DNA of 64,000 nucleotides, taken from an uncultured delta proteobacterium. Its GTDB lineage: Bacteria; Desulfobacterota; Desulfomonilia; UBA1062. The stretch is from positions 64,001 through 128,000 of the forward strand of contig CAWAUM010000003.1 in NCBI GenBank assembly GCA_963785235.1, in the 5' to 3' direction. Below the pieces are notes generated by a model. It was not told where the DNA came from. It did not search any database and was given only the letters and a program-made list of their open reading frames with translations. This document shows positions 55,201-64,000 of this stretch, piece by piece. Within the stretch, counting starts at the first letter, position 1. The number at the start of each line of letters is the position of its first letter. Position numbers and translations under genes: made by a program.

Positions 55201-55598
55201 ACAGTAGCCGTTATTGCTGCCTGTACACCAAATAAGAGTGCTGCAGTAACTGAACAGAGAACAAGCCACCCTGGACGTGCATAGAACGGTCCCAGGGAAA
55301 TGAAAAACATGATAACCATCATATAACCAGCGAATATGAATATCACCCCGCGCAGCGCTGAATCACGCATGGCAAATAATATCAGCAGGAGGATGAATAT
55401 TCCTATTTGAAAAGCTATAACCCCAAAATTTTTCCCGGCAATATAAGTGGAAATAGATACAATAAGCGCAATGGGCAGGAGAATGAGAGATAATAACAAC
55501 ATGAGGTCAAAGTAGTAATTTCTCCAACCGGCAAGGTCTGAGAACTCAGCCAATGCTTTTTTATGCCTGAGTCTCTCCAACCATTTATCGATATTCAT
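52236..55598 (-). CDS. Membrane multi-PAS hybrid histidine kinase
   Basis: Multi-TM N-terminus, four PAS/PAC blocks, GGIAHDFNN, GTGLGL, C-terminal REC. Confidence 0.92.
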   Translation of the reverse strand: MNIDKWLERLRHKKALAEFSDLAGWRNYYFDLMLLLSLILLPIALIVSISTYIAGKNFGVIAFQIGIFILLLILFAMRDSALRGVIFIFAGYMMVIMFFISLGPFYARPGWLVLCSVTAALLFGVQAAITATVINAAILIVLYVFIGPNLQSWAPLYMEPATNWIIFVVSLSVISLVASLPVSLLLKRLNTSFFLERDLHNKLSHESELLQSTNISLQSEIAERKLAEEALHRSEERYRGILEDMEEAYYEVDLEGKFTFFNPSITRTYGYTKDEIMGKSYIIAMDKENIEKVFKAFNQVYVTGETIKGIDWKLRHKDGNEINVEASVSLRRDSQGNPIGFKGITRDITERKKAEDALRKSEERYRFITENARDVIWIFDLNLGYTYVTPSVLQLRGYTVEEALEQSLDQILAPESYQKVKEALDREFTLEFSGQRHGPEWSLKSELEMIRKDGSTVWTEATMNIVYNENGEPTGIMGVTRDISARKQAEEALRESDTSFRAFMDYSPSLVIIKDHNLRPVYFNRPFGDIFPADEWLGKTPENTFPPDIAVSMIENDNKALAEGYIQYEETWRDKAGNDHVFETRKFRIERSDTSPLLGVIINDITERKQAEETLKKNVDKFARAFLQNAIPMAISTIKEGRYIDVSETFLEWIGQDRDTVIGNTSTGVGFINSEQRALVLKELTEKGRVENLELQVRIKEGEIGYGLFNSTKIQIAHEDYLLTMVTDITERKKAEEENKKLEDQLNQAQKMESIGTLAGGIAHDFNNLLTGILGNVSLALMRMDEGNPLRERLKNVEEYVQRGSDLTKQLLGFARGGKYEVKPTNLGEFILKSSEMFGRTKKEIRIHQKAQEGLWTVEVDRGQMEQVLLNLYVNAWQAMTGGGDLYLSVENVQLDEIDVGPYGIKPGNFVKVIVTDTGTGMDEATKARIFEPFFTTKERGRGTGLGLASVYGIVKNHGGLITVESEKGIGSSFIIYLPASDKEIEDIDKSKDDILTGQGTVLLIDDEEMILDIGSKMVESLGYNVIIAAGGRQGIQIYEKGRGDIDLVILDMIMPDYSGKETFDDLRRINPEVCVLLSSGYSLNGQAKEIMQSGCKGFIQKPFTMLELSKKIKGIMDDR

Positions 55599-56049
55599 AA
55601 ACCCTCCACGGTGAGACCTCTTCCTTCTGATAGCCTATAGATAGAGTCACCGTTGATGATGTGCTAAGGCCAATGGTTATTCAAGATCAAAGATTTATTT
55701 TGATAATCATCGCAAAAGAAGGGCAAGGTAAATCGAAGATACCATGCCAGCTGTGACTCTCTGGTATGAAGTGATAAGATTCGTCTGTTTCAACTCAAAA
55801 TCATGGGCCTTCAAACCCTTACAAAGAGCCAATCAAACCTGGAACTTGAAATCTTTGCATCTGTAGTAATGGAGAAAGGAGTGTGCCTATTCATTGCCCA
55901 CGACATCTAAACTTCTACCAGTTCCACCCAACTTCTACCAACTTGCCATTTCCGCTAACTCTCTGAAATCCTTTGCTGGTGTGCCTCTGCAGGCATGTGG
56001 AATCCAGAGGTTAGCACTCTTAAGAATCCCTCGGCATGAATCGTGTCCG

Positions 56050-58845
56050 TTATCCCAGTTGCTCCACGCACCTGGGGCATATCTCCGGATGGGCCTGGCT
56101 CTTGCCGATACCTTCACGGTAGTGCCAGCATCTCGGGCATTTTTTCCCTGCAGCCTTTTCCGCCTCGATGCGGAGCATGGTGAAGTTCTCGCTCTCCATA
56201 TACGGGCCGTCACCCGTGGCAACCTCTACCCCAGAGCAGATGAAGACATCTTCCAGGAAAGGCTCCACGTCTTTCAGGAAGGCCAAGGTATCTCCCTGCG
56301 CCACAAGCTTCACCTTGGCATCCAGGGGGTGGCCGATGACCTTGTCCCTGCGGGCCCCTTCGAGAACCTTGGACACCTCCTGTTTGAGCTGCAGGATGCG
56401 TTCCCACTTTCCCTTCAGTGCCTCATCCTTGAGCGCCGTATCCGAAACAGGCAGGCTGCTCAGGTGCACGCTGTCCTCCTTGCCGGAAAAGGCAGGGATG
56501 AAGTCCCAGATCTCTTCGGCCGTGAAGGACAAGACCGGGGCGATGAGCCTGGTGAGCGCCACCAGGATCCTGAACAAGGCGCTCTGGGCCGACTTGCGGC
56601 CCTTGGAGCCCGGCCTTGTACACATAGAGCCTGTCCTTGAGCACATCGAGATAGAAGGCGCTCATGTCCACCACACAGAAGTTATGCACCTGCTGGTAGA
56701 TGACATAGGGTTCGAAATCCTCATAGGCCTTGCGTACCTTCTCGATAAGATCCTGTGTTGCATGCAGTGCATAGCGGTCTATCTCGAGCATGTCATCGTA
56801 GGCAACCATGTCCGTGTCAGGGTTGAAGCCGGAAAGGTTGCCCAGCAGGAAGCGTGCCGTATTCCTGATACGCCGGTAGGTCTCCACCAGGCGCTCGATG
56901 ATCTCTTTGGAGATCCTGATGTCGTTCGTGTAGTCCTGGGCGCTCACCCACAGCCGCAGGATCTCGGCGCCGTACTTGTCGATAATCTCCTGCGGGCGCG
57001 ATGGTGTTGCCCAGCGACTTGGACATCTTGCGGCCCTCGCCGTCCACCACGAACCCATGGGTGAGTACGGTCTTGTACGGCGCGGTGCCTCTTGTGCCCA
57101 CGGATGTCAGCAGGGTGCTGTGGAACCACCCCCTGTGCTGGTCAGAACCTTCAAGGTACATGTCCACAGGTACACCCAGCCTCTCGTCGTTCTCGCACAC
57201 CGCGGCATAGCTCACGCCCGAGTCGAACCAGACATCCGCAATGTCCTCTTCCTTGACCAGGTTGGTGCCGGAACACTTTGCGCACGTGGTGCCTTCGGGC
57301 AGCAGGTCTTTCTCAGGATCGGGTGAACCATGCATCCGCACCCTCCTTCTCGAAGATATCCGCCACATGCTGGGCCACTTTCTCGGATGCCAGCACCTCG
57401 TCGCAGTCCTTGCAATAAAACACCGGTATGGGCACTCCCCAGGCGCGCTGCCTGGAGATGCACCAGTCAGGCCTGTTTTCCACCATGCCGTAGATGCGCT
57501 CCCTTCCCCACGACGGAATCCACCGCACGTTCTGGATCGCCTGCAGGGCCTTCTTGCGCAGGTCATCATGCTCCAGGGAGATGAACCACTGGTTGGTGGA
57601 GCGGAAGATGATGGCGCTCTTGCACCGCCAGCAGTAGGGGTATGAGTGGCTGTATTTGTCAACCGAGAGCAGGGCGCCTTCCCTCTTCAGGGCCTTGTTC
57701 ACGTCGTCATTTGCGTCAAAGACGAATTTGCCGGCAAACTCTTCGACCTCTTTGGTGAACTTCCCTTCGTTGTCCACAGGTGCATAGATATCCAGGCCAT
57801 AGGCCTTGCCGATCTCATAGTCCTCTTCACCGTGGCCCGGCGCGATGTGCACCAGACCCGAACCGGCATCCAGCGTGACAAAGGGGGCCAGGATAAGCAA
57901 TGATTCGCGGTCGTAAAGGGGGTGGCGTCGCCTTGAGGCGGTCCATGATCTTGCCCTCGAACACGGCCAGGGTCTCATAGTCCTTCACCCCGATCTGGTC
58001 CATGACTGCATACACCAGGTCCTTTGCCATGATGAGCACGCCGTACTCCTCCGTCTTGACGGCCGATATTCCAGGTCCGGGTGGAAGGCCACTGCCAGGT
58101 TGGCCGGGATGGTCCATGGGGTGGTGGTCCAGATCACCACATAGGTATTGTCTTTATAATCCTTGAGCTCCGGAACTACCGTCGGAGACATCGGATATCA
58201 TCTTGAACCGCACGAAGATGGCCGGCGTTGTCTGATCGTTGTACTCCACCTCTGCCTCGGCCAGGGCGGTCTGGCAGGTGGCGCACCAGTACACGGGCTT
58301 GCGCGCCTTATAAAGCGACCCCTTGCCGATGAACTTGCCCAGCTCCCGGACAATGGTGGCCTCATACTTATACGACATGGTCACATACGGGTCCTCCCAC
58401 AGGCCCAGCACACCTAAACGCTTGAACTCGTCCGCGCTGGATGTCCAGGAACTTCCCGGCATACTCACGGCACTTCTTGCGTATCTCGGCCTTGCTCATA
58501 CCGGCGATCTCGTCGCCCGATGATATCTCCACCTGGTGCTCGATGGGCAGGCCGTGGCAATCCCAGCCCGGCATGTAGAACGTGTCGTACCCCATCATGA
58601 ACATGGACTTTACGATAATGTCCTTCAGATATCTTATTAAGGGCCGTGCCAAGATGAATATGCCCGTTGGCATATGGCGGTCCGTCATGGAGAATGAACT
58701 TGTCCCTGCCTGCAGAGGCCGCGATAATCTTATGATAAAGGTTTTCCTTTTCCCAGCGCTCCAGGATCTCGGGCTCCTTCTGCACAAGCTTGGCCTTCAT
58801 GGGGAATTCGGTGTTCGGCAGACACAATGTATCCTTGTAATCCAT
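56050..58845 (-). CDS. ileS: Isoleucine--tRNA ligase, split by multiple indels (probable sequencing errors)
   Basis: [59 protein letters not shown] across consecutive frames. Confidence 0.93.
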
Positions 58846-58976
58846 TCCTTCCTCCTTGTTTTTCAAACGCATTCGAATCTATCCCACATGGCAAATGATT
58901 GTCAATGGTCTCAGGGCTCGAGGTAATTGGTATGAGCAGGAAAAAACACACCGGACTTCATTAGTTGTATTTATGC

Positions 58977-59090
58977 ACGGATATTGAGTTTTTAAAGAGC
59001 AAAAACCTTGACCCGTTAAAATCATGCATATCGGCTTCACCGATATGCATGATTTTAACGGGCTAATTTTTTGGTTTGTATCTAAAAATA
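58977..59090. repeat. Intergenic hairpin element, short-loop copy B2
   Basis: Perfect 23-bp arms 59012..59034 and 59040..59062, CTTCA loop. Confidence 0.88.
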
Positions 59091-59108
59091 TATACTTTAC
59101 TCTGATCA

Positions 59109-59982
59109 CTACCTCTTCATCACGTTTTCAAGCTTCCTGACCGCCAGCGAACAGGAAAACGTAAGAATGAAATACATGGCCGTGATGGTTATCCAGATTT
59201 CAAAGGTGTGGTAGGTGGCGGACATGATCTCCATGCCCTGGAAGGTGAGTTCCTGGATGGATATGACCGAGACAATGGCTGAATCCTTGATGGTGGAGAT
59301 CACCTGACCTGCCAGCGGCGGCAGGACCCTCTTGGTTGCCTGCGGGAAGATAATGTGGCGCATCTGCTGGGGCTTGGTAAACCCCAAGGCACTGGAAGCC
59401 TCCCACTGGCCCTTCTCGATGGACTCTATACCCGCACGCACAATCTCGGTGATATAAGCCCCTTCATACAGGGCGAGCATGACCACGGCCGAGATGAAAA
59501 GCGGCAGCTGAGGCGCCGGGACGCAGCAGCCTGCCAGAAAAGCCTGCGTGCCCGGACGCAGAGAGCCAAGCAGGTTATTGATTCCCATGGCGCTCAATAT
59601 CTGATCGCTGATGAAATAATACACTATGAACACAAGCACCAGAGGCGGCATGTTGCGGATGAGCTCAACATAGGTCCTGCCGATCATTCGGCGCAGCAGG
59701 CTTTTGCTGACCCTGAACAGGGCCATGATGACCCCGAGAAGCGTTGCCAGCAGCGGTGGACCATATGCTGAGTTTGATAGTGGTGAGAAACCCCATGATA
59801 AGGAAGTTCGGTACCCAGGCATGCCTTTTTTCATCAAACCGGAAGAGGTACTGGGGTATGGCCTCCCAGTGCCAGTTATAGTGCAGGTCCACCCTGATTC
59901 GGTGGAAAACCCACAGAGAAATGGCTGCAAGTGCACACAGCACTAGTGCATCCAGGACAGTTACCTTAAGCCTTTTCTCCAT
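59109..59982 (-). CDS. Polar amino acid ABC transporter permease, frameshifted near 59760
   Basis: YVELIRNMPPLV, AYITEIVRAGIESIEKGQWEA, IKDSAIVS. Confidence 0.85.
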
Positions 59983-60070
59983 ATGTGCATCATCCCGGCC
60001 AGTGCCGGCAGAGGACATCATTCCATCATGGAAAAACACTCCCCCCTATCGGTACTGCAGTGTGCCTTCC

Positions 60071-60910
60071 CTATTCAATCAGATTCTTCCACTCCTTGGT
60101 CTCGAACCAGTAGTGCTTGCGCTCCTTAAGCCACCCTTCCGCATCCACTATGGTGATCCAGCTGTTCAGGAAATTCAGCGTATCCACATCGCCCTTCACC
60201 ACGGCAAAGCCTATGGGCTCACGCGTAAAGCTCTCTTTGATGGGCAGGAAAAGCCTGTCCGGATATTCAAGGGCCTGGTAAGCGGGCAACGGGGCCGATG
60301 CGATCAGTGCATGGACGCGTCCGTTCAGCAGCTCCTGAACCGCCTGGGACTCATCATCGAAAAGCTTGAGATTGGCATTCGGGACATGCTTTTTGGCCGC
60401 TGCCGCCGCTGTCGTCCCGATCCTTGCTGCAATGGTCACGCCGGGTTTGTTAAAATCCGACAACGATTTAAATCCCTTGGCAAGCTTCTTACTCGCAACG
60501 ACAGACATGCCGGTATAATCATAGGGTATGGAGAAGTTCACCTTGAGATTGCGCTCAGGGGTGATACCCATGCCCCCTATGATGATGTCGAACTTGCCGG
60601 TAAGTAAGCCGGGCAGGATCCCTGACCATTTGGTGGGTACAAACTCCACCTTCACACCCATATCCTGGGCGAGCCTTTTTGCCACATCTATCTCGAACCC
60701 CACAAGGTTGCCCTGCTTGTCCTTCATGGCCCAGGGCACAAAGGTGGACATCCCCACCCTGAGCACGCCCTTCTGAAGCACCTGCTCGATGGTGCTCTGG
60801 CTCGTCAGGTCCTCCCTGATGCCCTTGGCGGCAATGAGCAGCCCTGCACATGCAATGATGATGAGTACAAGAACCGTTGTACTGATGATTCTTTTCTTAT
60901 TTTTAACCAT
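60071..60910 (-). CDS. Polar amino acid ABC transporter substrate-binding protein
   Basis: GVLRVGM, GFEIDVAK, GKFDIIIGGMGITPER. Confidence 0.92.
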   Translation of the reverse strand: MVKNKKRIISTTVLVLIIIACAGLLIAAKGIREDLTSQSTIEQVLQKGVLRVGMSTFVPWAMKDKQGNLVGFEIDVAKRLAQDMGVKVEFVPTKWSGILPGLLTGKFDIIIGGMGITPERNLKVNFSIPYDYTGMSVVASKKLAKGFKSLSDFNKPGVTIAARIGTTAAAAAKKHVPNANLKLFDDESQAVQELLNGRVHALIASAPLPAYQALEYPDRLFLPIKESFTREPIGFAVVKGDVDTLNFLNSWITIVDAEGWLKERKHYWFETKEWKNLIE

Positions 60911-61056
60911 TGTACCTCCTTTTCCTTAGAACAGTTTCTGCATAAACAATTATTATAAAGTCAAGAAATGTTATGCGCAATGCCTTCCAAAAAAACGATC
61001 TTGATTATACCATGTTGTCCATAGCTCATGTTCAACCTTTATGCACCTGCATGTTG

Positions 61057-61095
61057 ATTATGCAAATTGTAAATTAATTTGACAATTTGCATAAT
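61057..61095. promoter_or_regulatory. Palindromic operator-like site upstream of the AAA ATPase gene
   Basis: Perfect ATTATGCAAATTGT-N11-ACAATTTGCATAAT; near copy at 62459..62495. Confidence 0.6.
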
Positions 61096-61113
61096 TAAAT
61101 GTAGCATCACCTC

Positions 61114-62080
61114 ATGATTGCTCGTGATGCCGAACAAACCATCCGAACCCTGCTGCGTGGTTTCCCATCGTTACCCTGACCGGGCCGCGACAGTCCGGCA
61201 AGACAACCCTTGCCAAGGCTCTTTTCTACCAATCTCCCCTATGTCTCACTGGAAGATCCTGACATCCGCCTTGCTGCACAGGAAGACCCCGATCCTTTCT
61301 AAAACGTTCCCGATGGCGCCGTGCTCGATGAGGTGCAACGTGTCCTGATATCCTCTCGTATCTCCAGACGATAGGTTGATGCCGATGGCCGCATGGGGCT
61401 CTATATCCTGACCGGCTCCCAGCAGTTCGGACTATGTCAGGAATCACCCAATCTTAGCAGGTCGAACCGCCTTTGTTGAACTGCTCCCTTTTTCAATCCC
61501 AGAACTTGACCAGGCAGACAAATTGCCTGCAAGCTGCCGATACACATGCTTTTAAGGGCTGTTATCCGCCGCTCTACGACCGTGACGTGCCTACTTCCGC
61601 CTGGTTTGCCGCTTATGTCACGGCATATGTCGAACGGGATGTAAGGCAAATTCTCAAGATACAGGAACTGGAGACATTCCAGCGTTTCGTGAGGCTCTGC
61701 GCCGGGCGGACCGGGCAGATGCTCAATCTATCCTCCCTTGCCACGGATTGCGGCATTCCCCATAACACCGCCAAAGCATGGATATCGGTGCTTGAAGCAA
61801 GCTATATTGTGTTTCAGCACCGCCCGCATCATGCCAATTTCAACAAGCGTCTGGTTAATATGCGGAAACTGTATTTTTACGATGCTGGACTCGTCTCATG
61901 GCTTCTGGGAATCAGAACGCCGGAATATATGGAGACTCAACCGTTACGCGGTACATCTTCGAGACGTTGATCGTTTCAGAACTGATAAAATCACGATCTC
62001 AATCGACGGAGAACATCCGGCTTATCTTTCTGGCGCGACAGCAACGGCAATGTGGTCGATCTCATTGTCGAGGCGTTCCA
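61114..62080 (+). pseudogene. AAA_14/DUF4143-family ATPase, heavily frameshifted and 3'-eroded
   Basis: TLTGPRQSGKTT, LDEVQR, LTGSQQ, AYVERDVRQ, NKRLV...KLYFYDAGL in shifting frames. Confidence 0.8.
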
Positions 62081-62442
62081 CCATGCGGATATCCCATGTC
62101 ATCAATCGGCAAGACGGCCTGTAACGGCTGAAATGGCCTTGACTGTTTGGCAAGGCCTTCGGCCAAACCCCTCAATACTAGGCTGAATCTCCAAGCAGAT
62201 TATGACCTGAAAACGGCCGCTCGGGATCTTGGTCGCAAGGCTTGCACACGTTCATGAGGTACAAAACCACGGGGAAAATTGCACAGGCGAAGAGGTGAAG
62301 AAGTTAAAATTGGGGACAGGTTCTTATTTCGTTCCATATGCTTGCTCTTGATACTAGACAAAAATCCGAGCCCTGTTGTGAAAGTATTTCTTGTTTATGA
62401 GTTTCGTTGTAAAGGAGCTGAAAACTCTATACTCGGTGAGGG

Positions 62443-62612
62443 TGCACCTTCATGTTGCTTATGCAAATTGTAATTAGCTTTGACAATCTGCATAATTTAA
62501 TATCCCTTTATGCTTGCTCGTGATGCCGAACAAACTATCCGAACCCTGCTTCGTGGTTTTCCCATCATTACCCTGACCGGACCAAGTCAGTCCGGCAATA
62601 CAACCCTGGCCA
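62443..62612 (+). repeat. Duplicated promoter region and first ~34 codons of the AAA ATPase gene
   Basis: Direct repeat of 61042..61215; Walker A reads GPSQSGNTT. Confidence 0.85.
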
Positions 62613-62639
62613 GAATATCTTCAGTTATGAATCCCGTTT

Positions 62640-63439
62640 CTAAAAAATCAGATCGGCAAGCATGCCCGTTGCCTTCTCAAGGTCTGAGTCATCAATCCCA
62701 TGTTCCCTCAAAAAGCTGCGATAAAGCAGGTGAGGGCCTGCCTCTATTCCGGTAATGCGTTTGTCTGCGCTATCTTTGACAAGGTTGAATACCCCGGAAG
62801 ACCGGTGGGTGATGGCGCCATCTTCAAGAACCAGCACCTCATCAGCACTCTCCAGGTCTTCCAGGCGGTGCGAGATGTGGATCACGGTCTTGCCCAGGTC
62901 GGCATTCATCTCCCTGATGGTCTTCAGAAGGGTCTTTCTGCTCTGCCGGATCGAGCATCACGGTGCCTTCGTCCAGCACCAGGATATCCACATCCATTGC
63001 AAGCTGGCCTGCATAGGCTATCTTGGCAAGCTGGCCGCCGGAGAGTTTTGAGGTTAGGGCATATCGAAGGTGTTCGCCATGGACATCAGCCAGTGCCTTC
63101 CCTATCCTTGACTTGATTTCAAGGCTTGGAAGACCCATGTTCTCCGGGCCGAAGGCGATGTCTTCTTCAACCACAAGGCTTACGATCTGATTGGCCGGGT
63201 TGCGACAGCACAAGGCCTATACGCATTCCGTGGGTATCGATGGTGCCTGAAGCAGGCTTGAGGATGCCCGCAATGAGAAAGGCGAGCGTGGTCTTGCCGC
63301 TGCCGTTGGACCCTACGATGCCTAAATAAGAACCGGCGGGCACCGTCAGATCGATGCCCGCCAGGGCGTTTGTTTGGGGATAGGAAAATGTTACTCCGCT
63401 CAGCGTGAGCGCTCTCGGAGATGTTTCCTTCCTGATCAA
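62640..63439 (-). CDS. ECF transporter ATPase (EcfA/CbiO-like), frameshifted
   Basis: GSNGSGKTT, NPANQIVSLVVEEDIAFGPENMG, LSGGQ, LDEGTVMLDP, ISHRLED in three frames. Confidence 0.8.
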
Positions 63440-63454
63440 TTCAACTCTTGCGGC

Positions 63455-63958
63455 CTACTTCTCTTTGGCCTTTTTCTCGTCGGCCTTCTTTGCTACTGCC
63501 TTTTTCTTCGGCGCGGCCTTCTTTTGTGCGGCTTTCTCTTCAGAAGCCTTTTTTTCAGCGGCCTTTTTCTTTGATACCTTCTCTTCAGGGACCTTTACCG
63601 CTGCCGACTCCGTCCATTCGATTATCGCCATGGGCGCATGATCGCCGTGGCGGTTCTTATAGTGGATAATACGGGTGTAGCCGCCGTTACGGGCGGAAAA
63701 AAGCGGTGCAAGGTCATTGAAGAGCTTGCCCAGGGCCTCTTTTGTTCTGACAGTCTGGGCGGCCTTGCGAATGGCTGCAAGGTTCCCTTTCTTCCCCAGT
63801 GTGATCATCCGGTCGGCAATCCTTCTGAGTTCCTTTGCCTTTGCCTCGGTAGTGGTGAGCCTCTCATGAGTGATCAGCGATGTCACCAGGTTCCTGAGCA
63901 TCGCCAGCTTATGATCCGTTGTCCGTCCGAGTTTTCTTCCTGCAATATGATGATTCAT
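63455..63958 (-). CDS. rplQ: 50S ribosomal protein L17 with Lys/Ala-rich tail
   Basis: GRKLGRTTDHKLAMLRNL, TTEAKAKELR, RNGGYTRI. Confidence 0.97.
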   Translation of the reverse strand: MNHHIAGRKLGRTTDHKLAMLRNLVTSLITHERLTTTEAKAKELRRIADRMITLGKKGNLAAIRKAAQTVRTKEALGKLFNDLAPLFSARNGGYTRIIHYKNRHGDHAPMAIIEWTESAAVKVPEEKVSKKKAAEKKASEEKAAQKKAAPKKKAVAKKADEKKAKEK

Positions 63959-63973
63959 GTCTCCACTCCGATC

Positions 63974-64000
63974 CTACTTGCTTTCCTCTTCTTCCATCCG
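63974..64000 (-). CDS. rpoA: Probable C-terminal end of RNA polymerase alpha subunit
   Basis: RMEEEESK* directly upstream of rplQ; assigned only from the conserved rpoA-rplQ order. Confidence 0.5.
   Translation of the reverse strand, partial: RMEEEESK

Noticed and set aside
55910-55945. Short repeat AACTTCTACCA x2
   Set aside because: Only two 11-nt copies, with no array structure.
56011-56019. TTAGCACTC half-CIRCE downstream of ileS
   Set aside because: The second half-site is absent and no chaperone gene is adjacent.
58846-59108. T-box leader upstream of ileS
   Set aside because: No T-box consensus or terminator; a TTGACA promoter-like motif lies close to the start codon.
62306-62376. 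GGGGACAGG motif with a weak partner arm, possible REP-like remnant
   Set aside because: Single degenerate copy with poor pairing.

Overview
Chromosomal window from a bacterium whose gene content (TupABC, ETF/acyl-CoA dehydrogenase, NrfHA, sigma54 NtrC-family regulator, PAS hybrid kinases, PilZ proteins) suggests an anaerobic deltaproteobacterium (Desulfobacterota-like; inference). It holds a Mo/W uptake cluster, groES/groEL with a perfect CIRCE, purM/purN, leuB, htpG, ileS, rplQ, the end of rpoA and several signalling genes. Many genes, including essential ileS, are broken by small indels, so most frameshifts are probably assembly errors. No rRNA, tRNA, CRISPR array, integrase or transposase was recognised. 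Top observations: (1) a methyltransferase / PilZ-GNAT-like / V4R-like hybrid kinase triad resembling a signal-synthase plus receptor system; (2) an ORF-less ~100-nt sigma54 transcription unit (candidate sRNA with anti-SD motifs) divergent from a ZraSR-like pair; (3) six copies of an intergenic hairpin element whose arms co-vary; (4) a 5'-truncated nrfHA block bracketed by a duplicated gene 3' end.
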